From an uncultured virus (IMG/VR IMGVR_UViG_649633079_000003) (Duplodnaviria > Heunggongvirae > Uroviricota > Caudoviricetes): 64,000 nt of DNA. Position numbers and translations under genes: made by a program. The DNA lies in IMG/VR virus record IMGVR_UViG_649633079_000003; one strand, written 5' to 3'. Positions 39,994 through 50,857 of this stretch are shown in pieces. Numbering within the stretch: the first letter of the stretch is position 1; every line of letters begins with the position of its first letter. Under the pieces are notes generated by a model. The model had not been told where the DNA came from. It saw only the letters and a list, made by a program, of their open reading frames with translations, and did no database searches.

Positions 39994-40668
39994 TTATTTC
40001 AAAACCTTTACTACAAGATCATTTGTATTGACACTGAGTTTTTTCTTTAACTCATCACTGATTTTAAACGAAATGCGTTCTCCTGGTTTTAAATCTTTAT
40101 AAGAGTAGGTTAGGATCGTTTTTCCATCTTCATCTTTGGTTTGTGGCGAAGCAGAGGTAGATACTGCATCCTCCAGATCAGTAGGGATTTTTCCTTTTAC
40201 ACTTTCACTTTCAGGCAATACTGAAAATTTGACACGTTCTTCAGTGAAGACAATATCAAATGCGGTTTCTCTGATTTCAAGAACGCCGCTTTGTGGAAAT
40301 TGAATATTATTTATGGTAACCGCATAATGATATTCCTTATTAATCAACTCTTGAACTTTATCTGAAGGTAATATTAAGATCATGTCTTTTGCATACTGCT
40401 TATAGTAATCGACTTCTTGACTCATAGCCTCCATTTTTCGATTTTGTTCATCTACATAGGCTTGTACCTTTTGCGCATCTGTAATTTTTAGTTCTCCCTT
40501 GGCAGGTTGTTTCTCGGAATCAAGTTTCTGAGACTGTTCCTGTTGTTTTGGAGGAGTTACCTCCTGTGTTTGTTTCTCAGTGTCCGATGGAGAACACCCC
40601 GTAAGGAACAGTACACCCGCCAACAAGGTGAAAGATGTTATTTTAAAGATGATATTCAAGCCTTTCAC
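39994..40668 (-). CDS. Lipoprotein
   Basis: Lipobox LTGC. Confidence 0.75.
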   Translation of the reverse strand: MKGLNIIFKITSFTLLAGVLFLTGCSPSDTEKQTQEVTPPKQQEQSQKLDSEKQPAKGELKITDAQKVQAYVDEQNRKMEAMSQEVDYYKQYAKDMILILPSDKVQELINKEYHYAVTINNIQFPQSGVLEIRETAFDIVFTEERVKFSVLPESESVKGKIPTDLEDAVSTSASPQTKDEDGKTILTYSYKDLKPGERISFKISDELKKKLSVNTNDLVVKVLK

Positions 40669-40714
40669 TCCTTTCGAATCTTGATTCTATATCATATGCA
40701 TCACAAAAGATAAA

Positions 40715-40755
40715 TTGACTATAAATTATGTTCTATATATAATGACTATAGACAA
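40715..40755 (+). promoter_or_regulatory. Sigma-A promoter with paired operator sites
   Basis: TTGACT, 17 bp, TATAAT; sites at 40715 and 40742. Confidence 0.7.
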
Positions 40756-40816
40756 AATTATAATTAAATCATATCTTTATAGAGCAACTTAACAATTGGG
40801 AAAAGGAGGGGGTTCC

Positions 40817-41023
40817 GTGGAATATAACTGCAAAACTGAAATAAGGCTCCCAGAGGGAACGAAGATTCGAAGTCGAGAAGACGGAAAAATCTATACGATC
40901 CATGATTCAATTTGGACAAATAATCAATTTGGATATGGTGTATATCTGTACCGAGTAAAGGAACGTTTAGATACAGCCTTTGGTTTGTACTGTAAATGGT
41001 TCGATGTTGTATCTTTACCATAA
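40817..41023 (+). CDS. Hypothetical protein
   Basis: RBS aggagg + GTG. Confidence 0.55.
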   Translation: MEYNCKTEIRLPEGTKIRSREDGKIYTIHDSIWTNNQFGYGVYLYRVKERLDTAFGLYCKWFDVVSLP

Positions 41024-41048
41024 AAAAAAGAAGGTGTGTGTTTATACA

Positions 41049-41975
41049 ATGCTTAAAAGAATTTGGTTAGGTGTTTTTTTAATATCGATTTTCCTATCAC
41101 TTGTGGCTTGCGCTAAAGAACCGTTTACGAAAGAAGAAGAAAAAACGTTTATGAATGAGTACATGGATATGGCAACAAAACCTTCGGAACCTCAAGTTTT
41201 GGAAGCGAAAATGAAGCCTAATTTGGATCGTTTAAGTAAAGAAGGTTCGTCCAACGCCATTGATGGATTGCTGTATGCCATGTATCAAAAACTGCCAACG
41301 TTAACGAGTAAAGCAGAGGGTTTACACGATGTCATGGCTGCTGCTAAAGCGAAAAAGATAGATTTGAATCAAACCGAAGATGCCAAGAAAATAGAGGATC
41401 AGACGTTAAAGGCTTTTGTCGGTGAAGTATTAAAGGATCATTTTTATTTTGTTGAAGAAAATGGACGAATCACGGTGCAGCCTAATATGTCCTATATGCT
41501 TAAAAACTATGAAGCGTATATGACAGATTCGCTAAAAGCCACAATTCAGTTTAGTGAAGATGAATTTGAACATCCTTTTTATGATGCAGATACACAAAAA
41601 TTCAATTTAGATATCGTTGCAAAACGTATTCTCCTGTTGGAAGACAACCTGAAGAAGTATGCGAACACGTATTACGCTGAGACTTTCAAGAAAAGTAAGG
41701 AATACTACTATCAAATCTATTTTGGAATGAACAATGAATTTTTAGTAGACAGCAAGAAGTTTGTATTGAAAGAGGTAATAGACCACTATCAGCGAACGTC
41801 AAAGGAGTACCCGCAGTCTCAATTATCTAAAGATATCCTTGCTTATCTTGGAAAATTGAAGATATCTCACAATCAAGTTACGGACGACATACAGGTGTTC
41901 CTGACTGGAATCGCAAATGTACAGACAGTTGATGTTGTTAACGATGGATCTACCCTTAAAAAGAATACAAAATAA
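41049..41975 (+). CDS. Lipoprotein
   Basis: Lipobox LVAC. Confidence 0.75.
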   Translation: MLKRIWLGVFLISIFLSLVACAKEPFTKEEEKTFMNEYMDMATKPSEPQVLEAKMKPNLDRLSKEGSSNAIDGLLYAMYQKLPTLTSKAEGLHDVMAAAKAKKIDLNQTEDAKKIEDQTLKAFVGEVLKDHFYFVEENGRITVQPNMSYMLKNYEAYMTDSLKATIQFSEDEFEHPFYDADTQKFNLDIVAKRILLLEDNLKKYANTYYAETFKKSKEYYYQIYFGMNNEFLVDSKKFVLKEVIDHYQRTSKEYPQSQLSKDILAYLGKLKISHNQVTDDIQVFLTGIANVQTVDVVNDGSTLKKNTK

Positions 41976-42203
41976 GTTGAAGAAGGTGAGTAGATCTGGT
42001 GTAATTCAACATGAAATAAGAATTGAAGCGGGGTTTCCCGCTTTTTTTGTTTGGAACTTATCATGTAAATTATATTTTACTTAATTTGTTGATTCGTTAA
42101 TGTATATAGTATATAGTTTTATTATATTGTTTATTGTCAAAAGAACATGATAAGTGATTTCTTATATATGAGTAAAAAATAAGAACGGAAGGAGTGATTT
42201 AGG

Positions 42204-44744
42204 TTGGGATTTGCAAGTTGGTTTAACAAAGAATCTTCGTTTTCGAGTAATATGAATAACCAGCCAGATTGGTTAGAATCGCTTGCAGTGAATGAAGAGG
42301 TGAACTGTAAGGTTGTTGTTTTGTATCGGAAATTTCATAGTGAGGAGACTGGATTCTCTGTTTATGTTTGTGAAGACGAAAATGGCGATGTCTTTACACT
42401 TTCGGGTACGTTTGCGATTGAACTCATGGATGAACAAACATATTTTATTAAAGGGACAGTTGCTATCTATAGAAAAGAAAAGCAGGTTACAATCAAGTCT
42501 GCGCGTTTAGAAAGACCTACGTCTCGAAAAGGTATTATATCTTTTTTGAAAACGCTCAAAGGGCTCAATACGAGATCAGAACAGTTATACGATTTGTATG
42601 GCGAAGAAATTGTTGAAATCTTAATCAATGATCCAATGCGAATTGCTAAGGAAGTTAGTGGGATTGGAAAGAAAAGTGTCGAGAGCTGGAGTGCTCAGCT
42701 TCAGTTGTTGGAAGAGGATTATCATGTATTGAGTGAGCTTCTTGCTTGGGGAATATCGATGCGCCAAGCCAAGAAGTTGCTTGAACGTTTTCATGGTCAA
42801 ATCATTGCCTTGATTGAACGTAATCCCTATATGCTTATGAATGAAGTAAAAGGTTTTGGGTTTTTAAGATGTGATGAAATTGCTCGCCAAGTTGGATATG
42901 ATCCCAAAGGGGAAGAACGAATTCAGCAAGGACTTTTGTATGTCTTGAAAGAAGCTATGAATGAGGGTCATTGTTTTTTGCCAAGAGAAATGCTGCTGAA
43001 AAGAGCGAAGGATTGTTTGGACTTTAAACTTACGGTTATTGAAATGAAACAACTTGTCGATCGTAATCGAGGCGTTGTTGAGGTTCCTTATTCTTTTGGT
43101 GAAAAGACCTACCTGATCCCTTATTCAACTTTATACAATCATTGGAACCACTATCAAAGAGAATCCTCTGCCAGAGGACGAGAGAAATATCGGTACCGTG
43201 TCATTTCTTTAGATATTGTAGAGATTGAACAACAACTATTAACATTGCAATCAAATATGAAAATCGTTATGGAGAAAGACTCTGTATACCTTATTTACTT
43301 ACATCAGGCGGAATTAAAAGTAGCCGATAAAATTATCCGATTGATGCTTGAAAACCAGAATACATTTGAAGGTGTTCAAGATGACGTCGAACGGTACTTA
43401 GAAACCAATGAACTTACCTTGGAAGACATGCAGAAAAAAGCAGTTGAAGAATTTGTGAGCAAAACGGGCGGTATGTACATTTTAAACGGGAGCGCGGGTT
43501 GCGGAAAAACGTTTACCCTAAAAGTCATCCTGGCACTCATGGAGCAACAGTACAAAAAGAGGAAGAAGCCTTTTCGTGTTAAAATTTTCGCACCTACGGG
43601 AAAAGCCTCCAAAGTGGCTAAGAAAGCGACAGGAAGAGAATGTACAACCGTTCATAGAGGTTTAGCGTATGTTCGAGGTGTTGGTTTTCAATATAATGAA
43701 GACAACCCCTTGGAAGCCGATTGTGTTGTTATTGATGAGAGTTCTATGCTTGATATTTTGCTTACGAGTAGTTTGTTTGAGGCGATCCCTGCGGGTTGTA
43801 AAGTGATATTTATGGGAGATACGAAGCAACTTCCTTCTGTGGGTGCGGGCAATGTGCTATACGATTTGATTGAGTGTGGAATGATCCCTGTCATTACGTT
43901 GAATGTAGTGAAGCGTCAGGCTGATCATTCGGGTATTATACGTAACGCCAATAAGATTATCAATGCAGAAATGATCTCTTCTTGTCAAGATACCGAGGAT
44001 GCGTACGTTATTTGGAAGCACAAGGTTGATGATGTACATGATACACTTATCCGATCTATAGAGCGTTTAATGAGTGGGGCTAAATACTCATTTGAAGATA
44101 TTCAAATTCTTTGCCCTCAGCGCATAGGTGAGATCGGAACTTATGTGGTAAATTGGATGATACAGCAAGCATTTAATGCAGACCCCATAGGGGAAAAAGT
44201 ATTAAACCGCTACATCAAAAAGAAGCTTTCTTCCAGCAAGGATCCTGTGGACATTCCACTTTACTTTCAAGCTGGGGATAAGGTGATTCACATTGCAAAT
44301 AATTACTCAATGCCTTGGTATCAAAAAGATCCATCGGGTAACTTGGTAGAGGATTCAAGTCTTATGGGTATAACCAATGGAGAATGCGGAGTCATTGAAG
44401 AAATTCGAAAAGAAAAAGTAATGAATGTGAATCAAACAATGATGATTGTCCGCTATGAAGATGGCTATGTGCAGTACACGGATAACTTTGAAGAATTGGA
44501 TCATGCATATGCATTAACGGTTCATAAAAGCCAAGGCTCGCAATGGCCTGCCGTTATAATGCCCGTGATGATGGAGAACTACAATATGCTTGATAACAGT
44601 ATCTTCTATACAGGGTATACTCGCTCTGTAGACTTTAACTGCGTCATTGGTCAACCGGAAGCTATTGCTCATGCTATTCGAACATTTAAAAATAGAAGAC
44701 GGTTTACCAGTCTGAAAGAAAGGTTTCTCGCGGAGGCAAGCTAA
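42204..44744 (+). CDS. recD2: RecD2-family ATP-dependent DNA helicase
   Basis: HhH motifs (GIGKK, GFGF), GSAGCGKT, DESSM, GDTKQLPSVG, YALTVHKSQGS. Confidence 0.92.
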   Translation: MGFASWFNKESSFSSNMNNQPDWLESLAVNEEVNCKVVVLYRKFHSEETGFSVYVCEDENGDVFTLSGTFAIELMDEQTYFIKGTVAIYRKEKQVTIKSARLERPTSRKGIISFLKTLKGLNTRSEQLYDLYGEEIVEILINDPMRIAKEVSGIGKKSVESWSAQLQLLEEDYHVLSELLAWGISMRQAKKLLERFHGQIIALIERNPYMLMNEVKGFGFLRCDEIARQVGYDPKGEERIQQGLLYVLKEAMNEGHCFLPREMLLKRAKDCLDFKLTVIEMKQLVDRNRGVVEVPYSFGEKTYLIPYSTLYNHWNHYQRESSARGREKYRYRVISLDIVEIEQQLLTLQSNMKIVMEKDSVYLIYLHQAELKVADKIIRLMLENQNTFEGVQDDVERYLETNELTLEDMQKKAVEEFVSKTGGMYILNGSAGCGKTFTLKVILALMEQQYKKRKKPFRVKIFAPTGKASKVAKKATGRECTTVHRGLAYVRGVGFQYNEDNPLEADCVVIDESSMLDILLTSSLFEAIPAGCKVIFMGDTKQLPSVGAGNVLYDLIECGMIPVITLNVVKRQADHSGIIRNANKIINAEMISSCQDTEDAYVIWKHKVDDVHDTLIRSIERLMSGAKYSFEDIQILCPQRIGEIGTYVVNWMIQQAFNADPIGEKVLNRYIKKKLSSSKDPVDIPLYFQAGDKVIHIANNYSMPWYQKDPSGNLVEDSSLMGITNGECGVIEEIRKEKVMNVNQTMMIVRYEDGYVQYTDNFEELDHAYALTVHKSQGSQWPAVIMPVMMENYNMLDNSIFYTGYTRSVDFNCVIGQPEAIAHAIRTFKNRRRFTSLKERFLAEAS

Positions 44745-44821
44745 AAAGAATACTCCATTTCCTCTTTATGAATCCAAGCGCCTACGGTCTAATATTGTTT
44801 GTTGAAGGGAAATGATACTGC

Positions 44822-45202
44822 ATGACACTTAAATTCAAGGCAATTTTTATTTTGACATTATTCTCAATGTTGTTATTAGGATGTTATGTTTATATCTCAT
44901 CTATGTATACGGCTATTGATAAAATAGGATACAAGTTGCTCGATAGAAGTCAACTTGAAAATGTAGTTACCAAGAGCCGCATAGCCCTTGCTCAACAGGA
45001 ACTACATCACCTTGGATATACTGGAGCAGTCATTGAGGCAACGACTACTCCGGTTCATTTTAAAGAACCGATGCAGGTTCATTTTCAGATTATGCCGAAT
45101 AATATGCTTGAAAGAATATGTTTTAAAATTCTTGGTTTGGGCAACCCGCGTTGGTATGGATTTGGGTTGAAATATATCCACAACACTGACAAATTGGAGT
45201 GA
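44822..45202 (+). CDS. Membrane-anchored hypothetical protein
   Basis: N-terminal TM. Confidence 0.55.
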   Translation: MTLKFKAIFILTLFSMLLLGCYVYISSMYTAIDKIGYKLLDRSQLENVVTKSRIALAQQELHHLGYTGAVIEATTTPVHFKEPMQVHFQIMPNNMLERICFKILGLGNPRWYGFGLKYIHNTDKLE

Positions 45203-45641
45203 TCTGATTTATCAATTTCTTATTCTCTAAAAATTTAAGGTTAAGCAGACTTGTTCTGACACTAAAACCATTCGGGGGACAAGTGACTTATTGATTGTAA
45301 TCTATTGAGCGAATTCATGATGAATTCGCTTTTTTGTATTGGTTCAAAAGAACTGTGATGATCCAGTCAATTTAGAACTAAAGCAGGATGGTATTTTAAA
45401 AAAATATTGAAAAAGTCTGCTATTTGTCATTTTTTGTCTCCCCCACATTATTCCAATATGCTATATTGATTCAAGAATGACGATTCGATTCCTTTGTTTA
45501 TTATCTTTCATAACAATTTGCATATGATATTTTGTTTATATAAAAAAGGTTTCATTTAGGTTGAATGTTGAATTAGCTACAGGTCTTAGAAACAGATGGG
45601 TTAAACCCAACAAACAGGTTAAAAACAGGGAGAGGAATTGA

Positions 45642-48600
45642 ATGAAAAAACAAACAGGTATCGTGATTACATCTGCGATTGTCGTATCTCTGATAATGAA
45701 TACGGGGATAGCGACAGTGCATGCAGGTGCGAAAGACGGAAGTTTGGCTGGACAAGCGTATTCAAGTTATTCTTTGGGGTCACAAGACATGGTAGATGTC
45801 ATTATTGTGTACAAGAATAATAAAGGAAAAGAGAAGGCTATTAATGAAAGTTTAGACGTAGATCACGAGTTTAAAGCAATTCCAGCCGTTTCTGCAAGGA
45901 TTACAAGGGACGAGCTGAACCGATTGCGTAAAGATCCTAATATTGATCATATCGAAGCGAATATTGCTTTGAAAATTAATGGTGGAGAAGTTCAGCAAAC
46001 AACTATTCCTGCTGAAGAATCCCAATGGAGCTTCCAATCCGTAAAATCCTCAGAGATGTGGAGTAAAGGTTATACCGGAGCCGGCGTGAAGGTTGCCATT
46101 ATTGATTCAGGTATAATGACTACGCATCCTGATCTCGCTGTTGCAGGGGGAGTCTCGACGGTAGACTATACGACCTCATACGAAGATGATAACGGGCACG
46201 GAACCCATGTTGCAGGTATTATTGGCGCAAAGAAAAATAATATTGGCATGGTTGGTGTAGCTCCAGGTGCTAAACTTTACGCTGTAAAGGCGATGGGAGC
46301 AGATGGAGACGGTACATTAGGGGATGTTTTAGAGGGTTTAGATTGGTCGATCCAAAACAAGATGGATATTATCAATCTCTCACTCTCGATGAATTATGAT
46401 TCAGAGTTGTTGCATGATATGGTTGATCGTGCTTACAACGATGGGATCATTGTCATTTCATCCGCAGGCAATGACGCGGAAAAAGTAGCAAATCCAGAAG
46501 ATAGTGTTTATTATCCTGGTAAATACAGCAGTGTGATTGCAGTATCGTCTGTGGATCAAAATATGGTTCGTAGCAGTTCATCTGCAATGGGACCAGAAAA
46601 TGAATTTTCTGCACCTGGCGTAGCTATCGTTTCCACTTGGAATAGTGGCAAATATGCTAAGGTTAGTGGAACGTCGCAGGCAGCTCCGCACGTTGCAGGT
46701 GCTCTTGCAATTCTAAAGCAGGAATACCCGTCCATGAGCAATGTCCAACTTCGTGAAGAGCTAAGACATCATATCAAAGATTTAGGAGTTCCTGGGCGCG
46801 ATAATCAATATGGTTATGGTATGGTCACTTTTGCAAATGAGACGGATGTTCAAGTCCCAGGCGAAGTAACCAATCTCCAGGCAACTGAAATAACGGAATC
46901 ATCGATGTCTATTTCATTTACGAATCCTTCGGCTTCTAACTTTTCATACGCCAATGTGTATGCAAACGGAGTAAGAGTTGGTACCGTAACAGATGGTCAG
47001 CTTAAACTGGATAACTTAAATCCAGATACGACATATCAGATTATGGTAAAGGTTGTGGATGCAAATGGAAATGAATCTGCTGGTTTGAGCATTGATGCGA
47101 AGACCTTGGCTCATTCAGCTCTTGGAGAGGTTAGCAACCTAACGGTTACTGAACAATCAACAACTTCAGTAAAGTTGAAGTGGACGAATCCTACCGATTC
47201 AAACTTCACTAAAGTTAACTTGTATGTGGAGGATGTAAAGGTCGGAGAGTCTACTGAATCAGAGTATACATTTAAAGGACTAACACCAAACGTAAGCTAT
47301 AAGCTTACTGTAAAAACGGTTGATTCTTCCGGTAATGAATCGGCTGGACAAACGGTTAATGCAAAAACGGATGATGAAATCGTGATTCCACCAGCAGATA
47401 CGACAGCTCCAGCGGAGGTCTCTGGTTTAGATGTGACTGAAAAAACGACAAGCTCAGTTAAACTCACTTGGACAAATCCATCAGATCCTGATTTTGTCAA
47501 GGTAAACTTATACGTAAATGGTGTAAAAGTCGCCGATACGGTTGGAACTGAATATAGATTCAGTGATCTAAAACCCAATACGGATTATGTTATTTCCGTA
47601 AGGACAGAAGATACTTCGGGCAATGAATCCGTTGGTAAAACCGTAAATGTGACCACTAATGATGAAGTGGTTACACCTCCAGTGGACACGACTGCTCCGG
47701 CAGAAGTAAGTAAGTTGATGGTTAGCGAAAAATCTTCAAAAACAGCCCGTTTATCGTGGGTGAATCCAAATGATTCAGACTTCTCGAAGGTGAATCTGTA
47801 TTTAGACGGTCTGAAAGTTGGCCAAGTTTCAGGAACAGAATATTTGTTTACGAAACTGAATCCAAATCAAAAATATACAATCACCGCCAAAACAATTGAC
47901 GCAACAGGCAATGAATCCGTTGGACAAACGATAAATGTGACCACTGATTCGGAAGTCGTTACGCCTCCAGTGGATACGACACCTCCAGCAGAAGTTGGTG
48001 ATTTGGAAGTTGCCGAAAAGTCTAAAACGATGATTCGGTTACATTGGAAAAATCCAATCGATGCCGATTTTTCAGGTGTAAATCTATATCTCGACGGGGT
48101 GAAAGCTGGCAACGTTTCGGGGACAGAGTTTTCGTTTACAAAACTGAATCCAAACCAAAAATATGTGCTAACCGTGAAAACAGTTGATGCTACAGGTAAT
48201 GAATCCAGTGGACAAGCGATAAGTGTAACGACAGAAAATGACGTAGTTACCCCTACCGAACCAACGGATACTACGCCTCCAGCAGAAGTTAAAAATTTGA
48301 CTGTTACTGCAAAATCGCCTACAAGCATTCAGTTAACATGGGTAAATCCGCTTGATACAGATTTTGCAAGGGTGAATGTATATGTGAATGGAAGCCGAGT
48401 GGGTGATACTGCTGGTACAGCGTATCAAGTGACTGGTCTGAAAGCAGATACAAAGTATTCCATTGAGACAAGAACAGTAGATGTGAATGGAAATGAATCT
48501 GTAGGACAGATGGTAAAGGTAACTACAGATCCAGAAGTGATTGTGCCTCCAGCAGACACAACAGCACCTGGGGAAGTGACGAGTCTATCTGCTAAAGAAA

Positions 48601-49781
48601 AATCAGCTACAACCCTAAAATTGACTTGGAAAAATCCAATGGATGCCGATTTCTCAAAAGTGATTTTGTATCTGGATGACGTTAAGGTGGGCGATACCAA
48701 CTCGACGGAATATTCCTTTACTGGACTTGTACCAGGAAGAAAATACAGAATTAAGGCAACAACCATGGATCGTACAGGTAACGAATCTTTAGGTGTTGAT
48801 TTTCTTGCTCAAACGGATAACGAAGTGGTCGTATCTCCAGTAGATACAACACCACCTGCCGAAGTCAGTGGCTTGAAGATAGAGAAAGTAACAACCGATG
48901 CTGTCACCTTCCGTTGGACAAATCCAACAGATCGTGATTTTAAATCTGTCCATATCTATATGAGTGGAGTAGATGGAGCTAAAGCGAAATCCGTCACAGA
49001 TAGTGTTTATCAGGTTAACGGATTGGAACCTTCTACGAATTACACTTTTGTTTTCAAAACGGTAGATATGGATGGAAATGAGTCTGTAGGGAAAAGCATT
49101 GATGCTACGACAAGCAGTCTCCCTGTAGAACCACCTGTTAAACCTCCGGTGGTGGTTGACCCTCCAGTGGTTATTAATCCACCTGTCATTACACCCGTGG
49201 AAACTCCTTCTACGAGTAAAAGCAAGAAAAAGAAAAAGGAAAGTTTTGACGGCGGTGGTAGTAGCAGCGTCAGTAATGTGACCACCTCGAATGAGCAGGC
49301 AACCAAAGCATTGGCAAGTGCTGCACAAAGTAAAACAGCCTTTGCTTATGTAACAGCAATGGCAGAAATCAATGCTATGCCTAATGGAGCAGAAAAAAGA
49401 GAGCTTCAAAAAGAACTGGATAAGCTGAAAGAAACTCTCGGCATTAAAGAGTTGTTGAGAAAGTCCAATATTACGGATACTGAAAATATTAGTGTAAGTG
49501 TAGCAACGGCGACATTTAATGCTCGTTATAGCTACATTGATGCCTCTTCGATCACATCTGAAAATGTCTTTGTGATTAACAACAAAGGCGAAGTGATGAA
49601 GAACGTTGATGTTCAGATTGCCAATGGGTTCATCTACGCGAAGTCGAAAGATCATAAGTTCGAGTCCGGTGAGATATATACCATCTTCATTGATAAATCC
49701 GTCAAGACGAAGATGTTCTCCAAAGCTCCTTTTGGACGCTCATTAAGAAATCCATTGATGATGCAATTTGTCATTCGCTAA
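45642..49781 (+). CDS. Secreted S8 subtilisin-like protease with 8 FN3 repeats
   Basis: IDSG, HGTHVAG, GTSQAAPHVAG; eight (P/L)xEV..L...GNES repeats. Confidence 0.92.
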   Translation: MKKQTGIVITSAIVVSLIMNTGIATVHAGAKDGSLAGQAYSSYSLGSQDMVDVIIVYKNNKGKEKAINESLDVDHEFKAIPAVSARITRDELNRLRKDPNIDHIEANIALKINGGEVQQTTIPAEESQWSFQSVKSSEMWSKGYTGAGVKVAIIDSGIMTTHPDLAVAGGVSTVDYTTSYEDDNGHGTHVAGIIGAKKNNIGMVGVAPGAKLYAVKAMGADGDGTLGDVLEGLDWSIQNKMDIINLSLSMNYDSELLHDMVDRAYNDGIIVISSAGNDAEKVANPEDSVYYPGKYSSVIAVSSVDQNMVRSSSSAMGPENEFSAPGVAIVSTWNSGKYAKVSGTSQAAPHVAGALAILKQEYPSMSNVQLREELRHHIKDLGVPGRDNQYGYGMVTFANETDVQVPGEVTNLQATEITESSMSISFTNPSASNFSYANVYANGVRVGTVTDGQLKLDNLNPDTTYQIMVKVVDANGNESAGLSIDAKTLAHSALGEVSNLTVTEQSTTSVKLKWTNPTDSNFTKVNLYVEDVKVGESTESEYTFKGLTPNVSYKLTVKTVDSSGNESAGQTVNAKTDDEIVIPPADTTAPAEVSGLDVTEKTTSSVKLTWTNPSDPDFVKVNLYVNGVKVADTVGTEYRFSDLKPNTDYVISVRTEDTSGNESVGKTVNVTTNDEVVTPPVDTTAPAEVSKLMVSEKSSKTARLSWVNPNDSDFSKVNLYLDGLKVGQVSGTEYLFTKLNPNQKYTITAKTIDATGNESVGQTINVTTDSEVVTPPVDTTPPAEVGDLEVAEKSKTMIRLHWKNPIDADFSGVNLYLDGVKAGNVSGTEFSFTKLNPNQKYVLTVKTVDATGNESSGQAISVTTENDVVTPTEPTDTTPPAEVKNLTVTAKSPTSIQLTWVNPLDTDFARVNVYVNGSRVGDTAGTAYQVTGLKADTKYSIETRTVDVNGNESVGQMVKVTTDPEVIVPPADTTAPGEVTSLSAKEKSATTLKLTWKNPMDADFSKVILYLDDVKVGDTNSTEYSFTGLVPGRKYRIKATTMDRTGNESLGVDFLAQTDNEVVVSPVDTTPPAEVSGLKIEKVTTDAVTFRWTNPTDRDFKSVHIYMSGVDGAKAKSVTDSVYQVNGLEPSTNYTFVFKTVDMDGNESVGKSIDATTSSLPVEPPVKPPVVVDPPVVINPPVITPVETPSTSKSKKKKKESFDGGGSSSVSNVTTSNEQATKALASAAQSKTAFAYVTAMAEINAMPNGAEKRELQKELDKLKETLGIKELLRKSNITDTENISVSVATATFNARYSYIDASSITSENVFVINNKGEVMKNVDVQIANGFIYAKSKDHKFESGEIYTIFIDKSVKTKMFSKAPFGRSLRNPLMMQFVIR

Positions 49782-49829
49782 TTCAGAACCATACAAAGAA
49801 AGAGCCGATAAATTTCGGCTCTTTTTCTT

Positions 49830-50234
49830 ATTTATAATTGTAAGAATTTTATTGATAATCGATGTTCAAAGGAAATCTATAACGAATGCTCCTGCCTGAT
49901 GGGGCATTGTCAATGGGTTGAGGTTAAAGAGGATATTGTCGAGGAGAATGACACCCTGTTTGTATATACCGAGAAAGAGGGAAAAATGGTTAAAATTGTT
50001 GCCAATCTGTTCGGTCAACACGAGATTGGAACTGACCGGAAACGAACAGAAGAGGCATTCCTTCGGAAAGCTCTTGAGGCGATGAAGGAAAAGGCTAAGA
50101 AGAAAGGATATTCTTGTGCACTGCCCTATGAACTTGGAAGCAGACTGGGCGGTGGTGATTGGAGTGAAATACTCCGCATCATTAAAGAAGTATTTCATGA
50201 TTATCCTGTAACGATTTATCGTTTACCGATGTAA
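49830..50234 (+). pseudogene. 5'-truncated macro-domain gene
   Basis: ANLFGQ...ALPYELGSRLGGGDW; the open frame runs back into the upstream terminator with no N-terminal motifs. Confidence 0.65.
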
Positions 50235-50349
50235 AACAGAGTTTGTATATTCAATTATGAGGAATCCTTTACCAAGAGTAAAGGATTTCTCAGTCTTTAC
50301 AGGATACCGATTAAAGAGCAACTAACATGTAATTATTTTTTAAAAATAA

Positions 50350-50721
50350 TTATTTCTGCTCATTATTACGATGTCTAAATTTATTGAGAAGGGAATTCCT
50401 AATCAAAACAATTATAATTTCTGGTAGAAACACAATAAATATATATAGGGGTATGATGAATGGTAAAGATGCAATGAAAACTTCTGCTCCCGGCCCTCCC
50501 TCAATCAAAAACAACCAAATTGGTACTGATAAAATCCATAACAATGCATTGGAAATCATTAGATGTTTGACATTTTTCCAAAGAAAACAAAACAAAATTG
50601 CAATGACTGCTGGTATACCCCATGAAACTATCTTATCACCATAACTTAATATGATGAATGCCGAAATAGGGTAGAGTATTACGCTTAAAATCTGAACCAA
50701 TCTATTATTATAAAAATTCAA
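50350..50721 (-). CDS. Membrane protein (about 4 TM)
   Basis: Hydrophobic; RBS aaggag. Confidence 0.7.
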   Translation of the reverse strand: MNFYNNRLVQILSVILYPISAFIILSYGDKIVSWGIPAVIAILFCFLWKNVKHLMISNALLWILSVPIWLFLIEGGPGAEVFIASLPFIIPLYIFIVFLPEIIIVLIRNSLLNKFRHRNNEQK

Positions 50722-50857
50722 TTTTTCATCTCCTTCATCTTATTAAAACAAACAAATCTTCTTTTAGGATAATCATACCTTATTATTCTATTTACTTCCA
50801 GTACATTCTGTGTATAATTAGTATTGCATTTAAATTTATGGAAAATGGCGGTGTATT

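Noticed and set aside
47297..49655. Long antisense ORFs inside the protease gene (and similar shadows elsewhere)
   Set aside because: Shadow frames of repetitive or real coding sequence on the opposite strand
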